Below are positions 31,831 through 42,038 of a stretch of 64,000 nucleotides of DNA, piece after piece (the stretch's first letter is position 1; each line of letters begins with the position of its first letter). Source of the stretch: an uncultured Verrucomicrobiae bacterium. GTDB lineage: Bacteria > Verrucomicrobiota > Verrucomicrobiia > Chthoniobacterales > Chthoniobacteraceae. A program made the translations under genes and the position numbers. Location: positions 288,001-352,000 of the forward strand of contig CAVYKI010000010.1 in the NCBI GenBank assembly GCA_963769025.1, written 5' to 3'. The notes under the pieces are model-generated. The model searched no databases and was not told the origin of the DNA. It saw only the letters and a list, made by a program, of their open reading frames with translations.

Positions 31831-31833
31831 CCC

Positions 31834-32016
31834 ATGCAACACCCTGCCAACCACCCGCAACCCACCCGCCCCGCAGCGGACACGTCCGAGGAACTTCACC
31901 CGCCCGTCACACGGTGGAGCGTCCCAGCACCGCGACTCCAGGGCGTGCGCTTCCAAGGCCCCATCGCGATGGTCCGCACCGTCAATTCCCCGCTCCGTCC
32001 CACCCGTCCCGCATGA
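31834..32016 (+). CDS. Small Pro-rich hypothetical protein in the dcw cluster
   Basis: Starts 3 nt after the ftsW stop; its stop overlaps the murG start (ATGA). Confidence 0.45.
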   Translation: MQHPANHPQPTRPAADTSEELHPPVTRWSVPAPRLQGVRFQGPIAMVRTVNSPLRPTRPA

Positions 32017-33107
32017 GATTCGTCATCGCGGCAGGCGGCACCGGCGGTCATTTGTTTCCCGGCCTTGCGGTCGGCGAGGTGCTGCTCGCGCGCGGGCACA
32101 AGGTGATGCTGCTGATTTCCGAAAAGGAAATCGACGCGATCGCCACGCAAGGCAGGAATGAGTTCCGGATCGAAAGGATCGCCGGCGGCGGGATGCCGAA
32201 GCTCTTCTCGCCCGCGATCCTTGGCTTCCTTTGGCGTTCATGGAAGGCGCTCCAGCGCTGCAAGGCGCTCTTCCGCGAATGGAAGCCCGACGCCGTGCTC
32301 GGCATGGGCGGCTTCACTTCCACCGCGCCGATCCTCGCGGGACGTTCCCGCAAAGTGCCGGTCTTCGTCCACGAATCGAACGCCATCCCCGGCCGCGCCA
32401 ACCGTCTGAACGCGCGCTACGTCACGAAAGTCCTCCTCGGTTTCGAAGAGTGTGCCGCCCATTTTCCGAATGCCGCATGCGCGGTCACCGGCACGCCCAT
32501 CCGATCCGGGCTCACGCGTCCGGTGGACAAAACCGCCGCGCTCGCAGCGTTCGGCCTGAACCCCGGGAAGACGACCCTGCTCGTCATGGGCGGAAGCCAG
32601 GGCGCGCATGGGATCAACATGGCCGTCAGCGGCGCGGCCTCGAAATTGAAATCGCACTCGTGGCAGGTGATCCACCTCGCGGGCGCGCAGGATGAGCAGG
32701 CGATGCATGCAGCCTACCAGCGCGAAGGCGTCCCCGCGGCAGTCGCGGCGTTCTATCACCGTATGGAGGAGGCGTACGGCGCCGCGGACCTCGCCATCGC
32801 TCGCAGCGGCGCGGCGAGCCTCGCGGAGCTTTCACACTTCGGCCTGCCGGCGATTCTCCTCCCCTACCCTTTTGCCGCAGACGATCACCAGACCGCGAAT
32901 GCGCAGATTTTTGTGAAGGCCGGCGCGGGCGTGATCGTGAAGGAACGCGATGCGACCCCCGAGGCGCTCTCGGAAAAAATCGGCTCGCTGATCGGCTCCC
33001 CCGCGCGCCTCGCGGAAATGTCGCAGCAAAGCCGCAAACTCGCACCCGCCAACGCCGCCGAACGCGTCGCCGATGTCCTCGTGAGCTCCTGCCAACCCAA
33101 CCCGTGA
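32013..33107 (+). CDS. murG: Undecaprenyl-PP-MurNAc-pentapeptide GlcNAc transferase
   Basis: GGTGGHLFPG, HESNAIPG.AN, GTPIR, GGSQGA, RSGA, HQTANA. Confidence 0.95.
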   Translation: MRFVIAAGGTGGHLFPGLAVGEVLLARGHKVMLLISEKEIDAIATQGRNEFRIERIAGGGMPKLFSPAILGFLWRSWKALQRCKALFREWKPDAVLGMGGFTSTAPILAGRSRKVPVFVHESNAIPGRANRLNARYVTKVLLGFEECAAHFPNAACAVTGTPIRSGLTRPVDKTAALAAFGLNPGKTTLLVMGGSQGAHGINMAVSGAASKLKSHSWQVIHLAGAQDEQAMHAAYQREGVPAAVAAFYHRMEEAYGAADLAIARSGAASLAELSHFGLPAILLPYPFAADDHQTANAQIFVKAGAGVIVKERDATPEALSEKIGSLIGSPARLAEMSQQSRKLAPANAAERVADVLVSSCQPNP

Positions 33108-33115
33108 TCCACCCG

Positions 33116-33313
33116 ATGAAAACTTCCATCCGCATCGCATTCACCTGCGCCATCATTTTGGCGGCGGCACAGCCGCTCCACGCCGGATTCCTCGAGCTGA
33201 AAATCCGCGAGACCACCGCCGAAAGCATCTGGCACTGGACCGCCGCGCTGCTGACCGTGCTCGTCCTTTTCACCATGCGCGCTTCGCGCAGCAAGGGAGG
33301 CCAGGGCCGCTAG
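33116..33313 (+). CDS. Small exported/membrane protein in the dcw cluster
   Basis: Signal peptide (ending PLHA), short linker, TM helix, basic tail; fills the murG-murC gap. Confidence 0.55.
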   Translation: MKTSIRIAFTCAIILAAAQPLHAGFLELKIRETTAESIWHWTAALLTVLVLFTMRASRSKGGQGR

Positions 33314-33315
33314 CG

Positions 33316-35620
33316 ATGGACGGAGCGCAACTAGCCCGATTCCTCACCGGAGGCGGACGCAGGATCCATCTGATCGGCGTCGCCGGCTCCGGCATGAGCG
33401 GAATCGCGGGGTTGTGCATCGCCCTCGGGCATCGCGTAAGCGGCAGCGACAAGGCGACGACCGAGGAAACCGCGCGCCTTCAGACGCTCGGCCTGGATTT
33501 CTCATCGCCTTCAAATCCGGACAAGGTCCGCGATGCGGAACTCGTGATCTTTTCCTCGGCGATCAAGCCGGACCACCCCGACTACGAGGCTGCGACGCAG
33601 CTCCGCGTGCCGATGGCCCGGCGCGCGGACGCGCTCGCGGCGATCATGCGGCAGAAAAAAGGCATCGTCATCGCCGGGATGCACGGGAAGACGACGACGA
33701 GTTCCATGAGCGCGCACGTCCTGCGCGAGGCCGGGCTGAATCCCTCGCATTACGTCGGCGCGGAGATTCCGATCCTCGGGACGAATGCGCTCTGGGACGC
33801 GGCGGGCGAATGGTTCGTGGCGGAGGCGGATGAGAGCGACGGGACCATCGTCAATTACCACCCCGAGCACACGGTCATCCTCAACATCGAGGAGGAGCAC
33901 ATGGACTTTTACGCCGACCTCGCGGCGATCGATCGCGCGTTCGAGCAACTCCTGCGGCAGACGGCGGGCAGCGTGTTCTACTGCGCGGACGACAAGCACG
34001 CGACGCGGCTCTGCTCCGGCCACGCGCGGGCCATCTCCTACGGAGCGTCGGAAAAGGCGGACTACCGTTTCGAGGCCGTTCACCCGAAGGATTTCCAGTC
34101 ACACTTCCTCGCGACGCGACGCGGCGAGCCGCTCGGCGCAGTCACGCTGAATGTCCCCGGGCGCCACAACGTGAGCAACGCCACGAGCGTGATCGCGCTC
34201 GCCACGGAGCTCGGCGTGCCATTTCCGAAAATCGCGGCGGCGCTCGAGTCCTTCCGCGGCGCGCGGCGTCGGTTCGAGATCAAGCACCGCTCGGAGCGCT
34301 TCATGGTGGTGGATGACTACGGGCATCACCCGAGCGAAATCCGCGCGACGCTCGCGACCGCGCGCGGCACCGGGCGGAAGCGCGTCCTCACGATCTTCCA
34401 GCCGCACCGCTACACGCGCACGCAGGCGCTGCGGGATGATTTCGGCCGCGCATTTGAGGACACGGACGTGCTCGTTGTCGCGGACATCTATCCCGCGAGC
34501 GAACCGCCGATTCCCGGCGTGAGCGGGCAGACCATCGTCGATGCCATCGCGCAGCACACGGCGCAGGAAGGCGTCACCTTCCAGCCGGACCGGCGCCAGA
34601 TCGCGTACGACATCGGGCGCATCGCCGAGCCGGGCGACCTCATCCTTTCGCTCGGCGCGGGGAACATCCACGAACAGGGCTCCGTGCTCGCGCGCGACAT
34701 CGGCGTGCTCGATGCGATCGCGGACGTGATGGGCCCGGGCCTCGACGCGGCTCTACGAACCGCTCTCGAAACACACGACGATGCGCGTCGGCGGGCCGGC
34801 GCAATTCTGGGCGGAGCCGGAGACCGAGGAAGGCTTTGCGCGGCTCGTGCGCTTCACGACGGAACGCGGCATCCCGCTCTTCGTGATGGGCCGCGGATCG
34901 AACCTGCTCGTGCGCGAAGGCGGCATCCGCGGCGTGGTGGCGCATCTCGCGCGCGGCGAATTCAAGACGGCTCGAAGTCCACGGCACGCACATCAGCGCG
35001 GGCGTCGGCGTGAAGCAGCGCGAACTCGCCATCGCGGCGCGCGACGCGCAGATCGGCGGCTTCGAGTGGTTCGAGGGCATCCCCGGAAATGTCGGCGGCG
35101 CGCTGCGCATGAATGCCGGCGCGATGGGCGGCGAGACCTTCCGGCAGGTCGTCAGCGTCCGCTTCGTCGATGCGAACGGCGAATTTCCACACGACGCACG
35201 CCCAACGAGCTCGAAGTGCGCTACCGCGACGTCCCCATCCTCGCGAAGAACTACGCGGTGAGCGCGACCTTCCGCGGCGAACCGGCGGCGGCGGCGGACA
35301 TCGTCGCGCGGATGGATGAGAGCCAGCAAAAGCGGCGCACGAGCCAGCCGAAGGAATCGAGCGCAGGCTGCATTTTCAAAAACCCCGGCCCGATCCCGGC
35401 GGGGAAACTCATCGATGAACTCGGCCTCAAGGGCACGCGCGTCGGCAGCGCGCGCGTGTCGGAGATTCATGGCAACTTCATCGTGAACGAGGGCGGAGCG
35501 ACCGCCGCCGACGTGCTCGGGCTCATCGCGCAGATCCAGGAGCGCGCGATGCGGGAACGAAACATCGAATTGCACACCGAGGTCCAAATCGTTGGACAGG
35601 AGGAACCCGTCTATGCGTGA
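33316..35620 (+). CDS. murC: MurC-MurB fusion (UDP-MurNAc:L-Ala ligase plus UDP-GlcNAc-enolpyruvate reductase), indels near 34744, 34968 and 35190
   Basis: GVAGSGMS, GMHGKTTT, EADESDG, DDYGHHP, FQPHRYTR; runs without a stop into EPLSKHTTMRVGGPA, GRGSNLL, GIPGNVGGALRMNAGA, SAGCIFKNP, HGNFIVN. Confidence 0.85.
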
Positions 35621-35673
35621 AATCGCACGCAACCTCGTGAAAGAATCTCTGCCCGCACGCCGTATTCATCGCG

Positions 35674-36626
35674 ATGAATACGCACTCCATTTCCATGCCC
35701 TTTAATCCCTCAGGAATCCCAGTCGCCGTCCTCATGGGCGGTCCCGGTTCGGAACGCAAAGTCTCGCTGAAATCCGGCGAGGGCGTCGTGGCCGCGCTGC
35801 GTTCCATCGGCGCGAATGTCACGCCGGTGGATGTCACGGGCGCAGATTTTTCCGTGCCCGCCGACACGCACGTGGCTTTCAATGTCATCCACGGCACGTT
35901 CGGCGAGGACGGGCAGATCCAGCGCATCCTCGAGGCGCGCGGCATCCCGTACACGGGCGAGGGCGTGGTCGGCTCGGAGCTGGCGATCGACAAGATTGCG
36001 TCGAAGCGCCGCTTCGTGGAATGCGGCGTGCCGACGGCGAAATCGGAAATCATCCGCAACGGCGCGAAGCCGACGCTCCCGCTGCCGCTCGTGATCAAGG
36101 CGCCGAAGGAAGGCAGCAGCGTGGGCGTGTACATCGTGAAATCGCCGGAGGAACTCGCGCTCTTCGCTGGAGCAGGCGTGGAAGTTCGGCGAGCGAGCTG
36201 CTCGTCGAGGAATTCATCGCGGGCCGCGAGCTGACGGTCGGCATCGTCGGCGACACGATGCTGCCGGTGATCGAGATCAAGGCGCGGAAGGACTTCTACA
36301 ATTTCGACAACAAATACCCCTTCCTGAATCCGAACGCTGCCGGCGCGGATCACATCTGCCCGGCGCTGCTCGACGCCGCGACCACGGCGCTCGTGCAGCA
36401 GACGGCGCTCGCCGCGCACCGCGCACTGGGTCTTGAAGTCTACTCGCGAGTGGACATCCTGCTGACCGACGCAGGCCTGCCGTTTGTGCTCGAAGTGAAC
36501 ACGATTCCCGGCATGACGCCGGCATCGCTGCTGCCAGAGGCCGCCGCCGCCATGGGCATCAGCTACGCCGAGCTTTGCCGCCGCATTATCGAACTCTCAC
36601 TCGCAGCCCGCCCGACCAGCCCATGA
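35674..36626 (+). CDS. ddl: D-alanine--D-alanine ligase, frameshift near 36180
   Basis: MGGPGSER.VSL.SG, HGTFGEDG, EGSSVG; second frame EEFIAGRELTV, EVNTIPGMT. Confidence 0.93.
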
Positions 36627-37705
36627 AACGCCGCCGCCCACGCAACAAACGCCTCACTTCCGACCGCGATCAGCGGAAGAAATACTTCGTCAGCGGAGTC
36701 GTGAAACGCGGCAGCAACGCGACATGGATCGGCATCCGCTCGTGGATCTCGCGGCTGGTGAAAGTGACGCTGCTCGCGGCCCTCGCGGGCGGTCTCTACT
36801 ACGGCGCGACGCAGGGATGGCGGAAGTTTTTCTGGGCGAATCCGGACTACGCGTTGCGCGAGATCCACTTCACCACGGACGGTTCGCTCACCCGCGAGCA
36901 GGCGTGCGTGACGGCGAAGCTGAAGCCGGGCGAGAACATCTTTTCCTACGACGTCACCGCGTTGCGCGACGCGCTCAAGAAGCTCCCGCAGGTCGAGAAT
37001 GCGGAGGTCACGCGCTACCTGCCGAACCGCATCGAAGTCTCCGTGCGCGAGCGGAGGCCCACCGCCTGGCTCGCCTCCGGCACCGATGCCCAGTCCGCGC
37101 ACGACGCACCGACGCACCTTCTCGACGCGCGCGGCATGGTGTTTCAGCCGAAGCACATCCCGCATGAGTTCAAGACGCTGCCCACCATCGGCGGCGTGCA
37201 GACGGAGGACCTCGAGCCCGGCAAGCCGATCCGCAAGGCGGAGGTCGTCGCCGCGCTCGAACTGCTCAGGCGCACGCGCGAAACGGGTTCGTTCAAGGTC
37301 ATGTCCATCGACGTGTCAAAGGCCTACTGCCTCGTGGCCATGGATCAGAAGCGCGCGCAGCTCACGTTCGGCCTCGACGACATCCCCGAGCAGCTCGACC
37401 GGCTCAGCGCCGTGCGCGGCGAGGCGACGCTCATCGGCCAGGAGATCCAGACGGTGAACCTCATTCCGAAGCGGAACATCCCCGTCACCTTCATGCAGCC
37501 CGTGCCGCTGGAGGATGATGACGCCGACCCGGTCCCTCCGCCGCCCGCGCGCACCGTCACCACGAAGGCGAAGCCCTCCAGCGACGCCGGTTCCTCGACG
37601 AAGGACAAACCGCGGCCCGCGACGAAACGCGCCGAACCTTCCAAACCCAAGGAAACGCCGAAGCCGGAAGAAGGCGGCATCCTCAAACGCTTCCGCGCAG
37701 CCTGA
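36623..37705 (+). CDS. ftsQ: FtsQ/DivIB-type POTRA protein
   Basis: Basic N-terminus, TM, POTRA-like ENIF...LPQVENAEVTRYLPNRIEV.V.ERRP; lies between ddl and ftsA. Confidence 0.82.
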   Translation: MKRRRPRNKRLTSDRDQRKKYFVSGVVKRGSNATWIGIRSWISRLVKVTLLAALAGGLYYGATQGWRKFFWANPDYALREIHFTTDGSLTREQACVTAKLKPGENIFSYDVTALRDALKKLPQVENAEVTRYLPNRIEVSVRERRPTAWLASGTDAQSAHDAPTHLLDARGMVFQPKHIPHEFKTLPTIGGVQTEDLEPGKPIRKAEVVAALELLRRTRETGSFKVMSIDVSKAYCLVAMDQKRAQLTFGLDDIPEQLDRLSAVRGEATLIGQEIQTVNLIPKRNIPVTFMQPVPLEDDDADPVPPPPARTVTTKAKPSSDAGSSTKDKPRPATKRAEPSKPKETPKPEEGGILKRFRAA

Positions 37706-38902
37706 TGGCCAGGGACCGCATAGTCGTAGGACTCGAAGTCGGCACCTCGAAGGTGTGCGCCGTCTCCGCCGAGCTGAAGCACGACGGCACCATCCAGATC
37801 CTCGGAGTGGGCGAGGCGCCGTCGCGCGGCGTGCGCAAGGGCGAGATCGTGGACATTGAAAACTGCGGCAAGTGCATCCGCGAGGCGCTCGCGGACGCGG
37901 AGGAGAAGAGCGACGTGATGATCAAGAACGTCTATCTCGGCATCACCGGCGCGCACATCCAGAGCTTCAACAACCGCGGCTCTTACACGCTGCCGGACGA
38001 GCGGGAAAAGATGGACGAGGGCGACTTCGCCCGCGTGCAGGAGGCCGCGCGCACCGCGCCCATCCCGTCGCAGAACATGTTCGTCCACACCATCCTCCAG
38101 CACTACTACGTGGACGGACAGGACGGCATCCTGAACCCCGTCGGCATGCACGGGCGCAAGCTGGAGGCGGACTTCCACATCATCCACGGCGTCGCGAACC
38201 GCGTGCGCAACAGCATCCAGTGCCTCTGCGATCTCGACATCGAAATCGAGGACATCGTCTTCACGCCGTACGCCGCCGCGCAGGCCGTGCTCGACCCGAC
38301 GCAAAAAACCACCGGCGCGATCCTCGTGGACATCGGCGGCGGCACGAGCGGCTACATCGTCTATGCGGGCGGCGCGGTGAAGCAGAGCGGCGTCGTCGGC
38401 ATCGGCGGCGATCACATCACGAACGATCTCTCGCTCGGCCTGCGCATCCCGATGGGCAAGGCGGAGAAGCTGAAGATCGACGAGGGCAGCTGCATCATCG
38501 GCAATTCGATCCCCGGCGAGACCGTGGTGCTGAAGGATGAGCACGGATTTGCCGGCCGCGAGATCGAGCGCGAGATGCTGAACACGATCATCCACATGCG
38601 CGTGCGCGAGACCTTCGAGCTGCTGAAGCGCGAACTCGACAGAGGCGCGCTACCACGAATACGCCGGCGCCGGCATGGTGCTCACCGGCGGCAGTTCGGC
38701 GCTGCGCGGCATCCAGCATGTCGCCGAGGAAATCTTCCAGATGCCCGTGCAGGTCTGCCGGGCGCAGAATGTCGCCGGCGTCACCAGCGCCTTTGAAAAC
38801 CCGCAATACTCCACCGCCATCGGCCTCGTGAAGTACGCACAAGCCACCCTCGACGACGAATCGGGCGGATTGCTCGATTGGTTCAAGAAGTGGTTCCGCT
38901 AA
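37705..38902 (+). CDS. ftsA: Cell division protein FtsA, frameshift near 38645
   Basis: GLEVGTSK, GVRKGEI, DIGGGTS, GGDHITND; second frame VLTGGSS, YSTAIGL, amphipathic C-terminal helix GLLDWFKKWF. Confidence 0.93.
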
Positions 38903-38906
38903 GCCC

Positions 38907-40296
38907 ATGATCGCACTCCACCGCTCCATCACCCCGGCTGCGCCGGTCATCAAAATCCTCGGCCTCGGCGGCGCGGGCGGCAATGCGCTCGACCGCCTCA
39001 TGCTCGACGGCATCGAGGGCGCCGCCATCATTGCGATGAACACCGACGTGCAGTCGCTCAACGGCTGCGTCGCCCCGCAGAAAATCCACCTCGGCAAGAG
39101 CGTCACGCGCGGCCTCGGCGCGGGCGGCGACCCCGAGATCGGCTACGAGGCCGCCGAGGAGGCCGCGACGGACATCAAGGCCGCCATCGACGGCGCGGAC
39201 ATGGTCTTCCTCTGCGTCGGGCTCGGCGGCGGCACCGGCAGCGGCGCGGCCCCGCTCATCGCGCACATGGCGCGCGGCGCGGGCGCGATGGTCGTCGCGT
39301 TTGCCACCATGCCGTTTTCCTTCGAGGGGAAAAGGCGGCGCAAGCAGGCGGCCGAATCCCTCGCGCAGCTCGAGGAGCAGGCCGACCTCGTCATCTGCTT
39401 CGAGAATGATCGCCTCGGCGAAATCTCCTCGCCACACCGCGGGCGTGCAGGAGGCGTTCGTCGCGGCGGACAAGGTGCTCAGCCATTCCATCCAGGCCAT
39501 CACCTCCGTCGTGCGCCGCGGCGGCATCATCCCCACCGGGCTCGATGAACTCGCCGCCGCCCTGCGCCGCAAGCACCCGCGCTGCCTCTTCGGCCACGGC
39601 GAGAGCGAAGGCTCGAACCGCGCCCACGAGGCGCTCGCGCGCGCGCTGAAAAGCCCGCTCATGGACAAGGGCAAGATGCTCGCGGATTGCCAGTCCGTCG
39701 TCATCCACATCGCCGGCGGCCCGGATGTCACCCTCCAGGAAATCACCACGCTGATGGAGGAGTTCAACCGGCACATCGGCGACGACACGCGGATCGATTT
39801 CGGCATCGGCACGGATGCAAAGCTCGGACGCAGGCTGTGCGTCACCATCATCAGCTCCACCGCCGCGCCCGTGCTGACAGCCGCCGCACCGGCGCCCGCG
39901 CCCGTCACGCGTCCCCTGCCGAGCCGCGTCGTCGCGCCCGTCGAGCCGCCGCGCGCCGCCGCGCCCGTTACGCCGATTGCGTCCGCCGCGCCTGAGATTT
40001 CCGAGGAGGAGGATTTTGAAGACGACATCCACTCCGAGCTCGCCGAGCCGGAGCCCGAGCCGGAGCCCGTCGCGCCGGTGAAGGCCGCGCCCGCGAAGAC
40101 GGCACCCGTCGCGCAGACTTACCGCAAGGCCCCGGCGGAAACGGTCGCCGCCACGACGAAGAAGGAGGAGAAGGCCGAGCAGATGACGCTCGAGCCGGCG
40201 AACCGCGGACGCTTCGAGAAGTCCGAGCCGACCATCGTGGACGGCCAGGACCTCGACGTGCCGACCTTCCTGCGGAAGAACCTGAAGCTGAAATGA
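38907..40296 (+). CDS. ftsZ: Cell division protein FtsZ, frameshift near 39435
   Basis: GLGGAGGNA, MNTD, GLGAGGDPE, GLGGGTGSG, PFSFEG; C-terminal peptide DLDVPTFLRK after a long Pro/Ala/Glu linker. Confidence 0.93.
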
Positions 40297-40409
40297 GGTA
40301 GGGCGCTCTCGCCGAGAGCGCCCACTGTTTTACGCCAGGCGTTTGATTCGGCAGGATTTGTCTCGCTGAAGGATTTTCTCGCGGGCGCTTTCGGCGAAAG
40401 CGCCCTACC
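40297..40409. repeat. GTAG-type REP inverted pair
   Basis: GGTAGGGCGCTCTCGCCGAGAGCGCCC (40297-40323) and inverted GGGCGCTTTCGGCGAAAGCGCCCTACC (40383-40409), between convergent genes. Confidence 0.8.
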
Positions 40410-41373
40410 TCGCGGCGGCGAGGGCCCAGATTTCCTTCTCCTTGGCCTCGATGAGCGGGAGCCACTGCTCCATCTCCTCGGGGAACCAGCGCTTGCTCGG
40501 GTCGAGGTGGTCGCGCGAGGAGGGCTGGTTGGTGCGGTTGCCCGCGAGGAAGGCCCAGTTCTGCGGCCGGGTGTAGTGGAACCAGAGGCGGTTCTTGGCG
40601 CGGATGGCGGTGCGGAGGAGTTCCAGAAACGCCATCTCCCGCTTGCTGCCCATCACGTATGCCCAGTCCAAGGTCGGGTCGAAGTCCGAAAGTATGGTTA
40701 TCGCCGCTGCAAACTGCTCCTGTTTGTCGAGGTGAACGCCGTCTCGGGTTCGATAACGTGATACCTCGTGTGACACCTGCGGCCGTAACCCATCGGTGGG
40801 GACCTCCGGGAGGTCTGGAACTTCTGCTTCAAGAAAGGCCGCGCCGTTCTTCTCGGCGAGCATCCTGATCACATTCATGTAAGCGATGAACTCGCCGTTC
40901 CGCGCAGTCAGGTCGGGCACCCCTTTTGGTGGCGCTCCAAAGCGCGGCGGCAGCACCAGCGCGATGCGCCGCTTCTTCTCCCCGCTGAGGCGCGCGAGCA
41001 GTTTCCCATACGCCTCGGTGAACGCGGCGACGCCCTCCTTCCCGGCGAAGCTCTCCATCTTCCCAAACTGGCAGATGACGACCGTGGCGCCCATCCGGTC
41101 GAGCTGGGTTTCGAGCGTGGGGTAGTTCAGGTCGCGCCGCTGCTCGAAGACCGTGTCGCCCTCCCACGCGAGGCTGCGCCAGCGGATGCGATCCTTCGGT
41201 TGCGCCCACGTGACGAGCGTCTCCAGCCAGCCCTCCTCGGCGAGCGCGACCATGTCCTCCCCGCCCACGAGCGCGACGACATCGCCCGCCTTCAGCCACC
41301 GCTCCGCCCCATGCACGGTGCGCGCGGCGAGCGTGAGGACGGCGGCGAGGAAAAGTGCGGCGAGGGTTCGCAT
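40405..41373 (-). CDS. Secreted SGNH/GDSL-like hypothetical protein
   Basis: Signal peptide; GDVVALVGG, RSLAWEGDTV, QFGKMESF, DGVHL; C-terminal RPQNWAFL. Confidence 0.7.
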   Translation of the reverse strand: MRTLAALFLAAVLTLAARTVHGAERWLKAGDVVALVGGEDMVALAEEGWLETLVTWAQPKDRIRWRSLAWEGDTVFEQRRDLNYPTLETQLDRMGATVVICQFGKMESFAGKEGVAAFTEAYGKLLARLSGEKKRRIALVLPPRFGAPPKGVPDLTARNGEFIAYMNVIRMLAEKNGAAFLEAEVPDLPEVPTDGLRPQVSHEVSRYRTRDGVHLDKQEQFAAAITILSDFDPTLDWAYVMGSKREMAFLELLRTAIRAKNRLWFHYTRPQNWAFLAGNRTNQPSSRDHLDPSKRWFPEEMEQWLPLIEAKEKEIWALAAAR

Positions 41374-41478
41374 GACGCCGGGATGATGCACGCGCGCGGT
41401 GCGCAGGGGAAGGATGCAGTGCCGTGCACGTGCGCACCAATCGTTTGACAGCTCGCCGACCACCGGCACCATCCGGCG

Positions 41479-41715
41479 ATGCCGACGGTTTTGCGCATCG
41501 GGCCGTATCGTTTCCATTTTTACAGCGGCGAAAACCGCGAGCCTCCGCACATCCACGTCTCCCGTGATGATTTTGAGGTGAAATTCTGGCTGCGACCCAT
41601 CGCACTGGCGGACAACCATGGTTTTCGCGAGGCTGCATTGCGCGACATCGAGCGCCTCGTTGAAGAGCATTGCGACAAACTGCTCGCCGCCTATGCTTCG
41701 TTCCACCGTGAATAG
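41479..41715 (+). CDS. DUF4160 protein (putative TA toxin)
   Basis: MPTVLRIGPYRF.FYS.E..EPPHIHV..KFWL.P. Confidence 0.9.
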   Translation: MPTVLRIGPYRFHFYSGENREPPHIHVSRDDFEVKFWLRPIALADNHGFREAALRDIERLVEEHCDKLLAAYASFHRE

Positions 41716-41965
41716 CGAACCCGCCACCGCCCTCCGCTGCTGGATCGAAGGCCGCCGCGTCTGGCTCGAACTCGATGACCAGCGCATCGTGAGCTTCCCC
41801 GCCGCGAAATATCCGCTGCTCTCCGGCGCTCCGCAGGAACTGCTGGAAAAAGTGTGCCTGCGCGTGCAAGGCCGCGCCCTCCGCTGGGAGGATCTCGACG
41901 AGGACGTCTGGGTGGACGACGCCGTTCACGGCCGCTTCCCGCGCCCAAAATCCGTCGCCGCATAA
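41708..41965 (+). CDS. DUF2442 protein (putative antitoxin)
   Basis: LELDDQR.VSFP...YPLL, LRWEDLDED; overlaps the DUF4160 gene. Confidence 0.88.
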   Translation: MNSEPATALRCWIEGRRVWLELDDQRIVSFPAAKYPLLSGAPQELLEKVCLRVQGRALRWEDLDEDVWVDDAVHGRFPRPKSVAA

Positions 41966-42038
41966 CCCCCCGACGGGCCAGCTCACCCCCGCCCCGGCGA
42001 CCGCGCCGCCCGTCCCGCCCGGTCGTTGGCCCGGCGGC

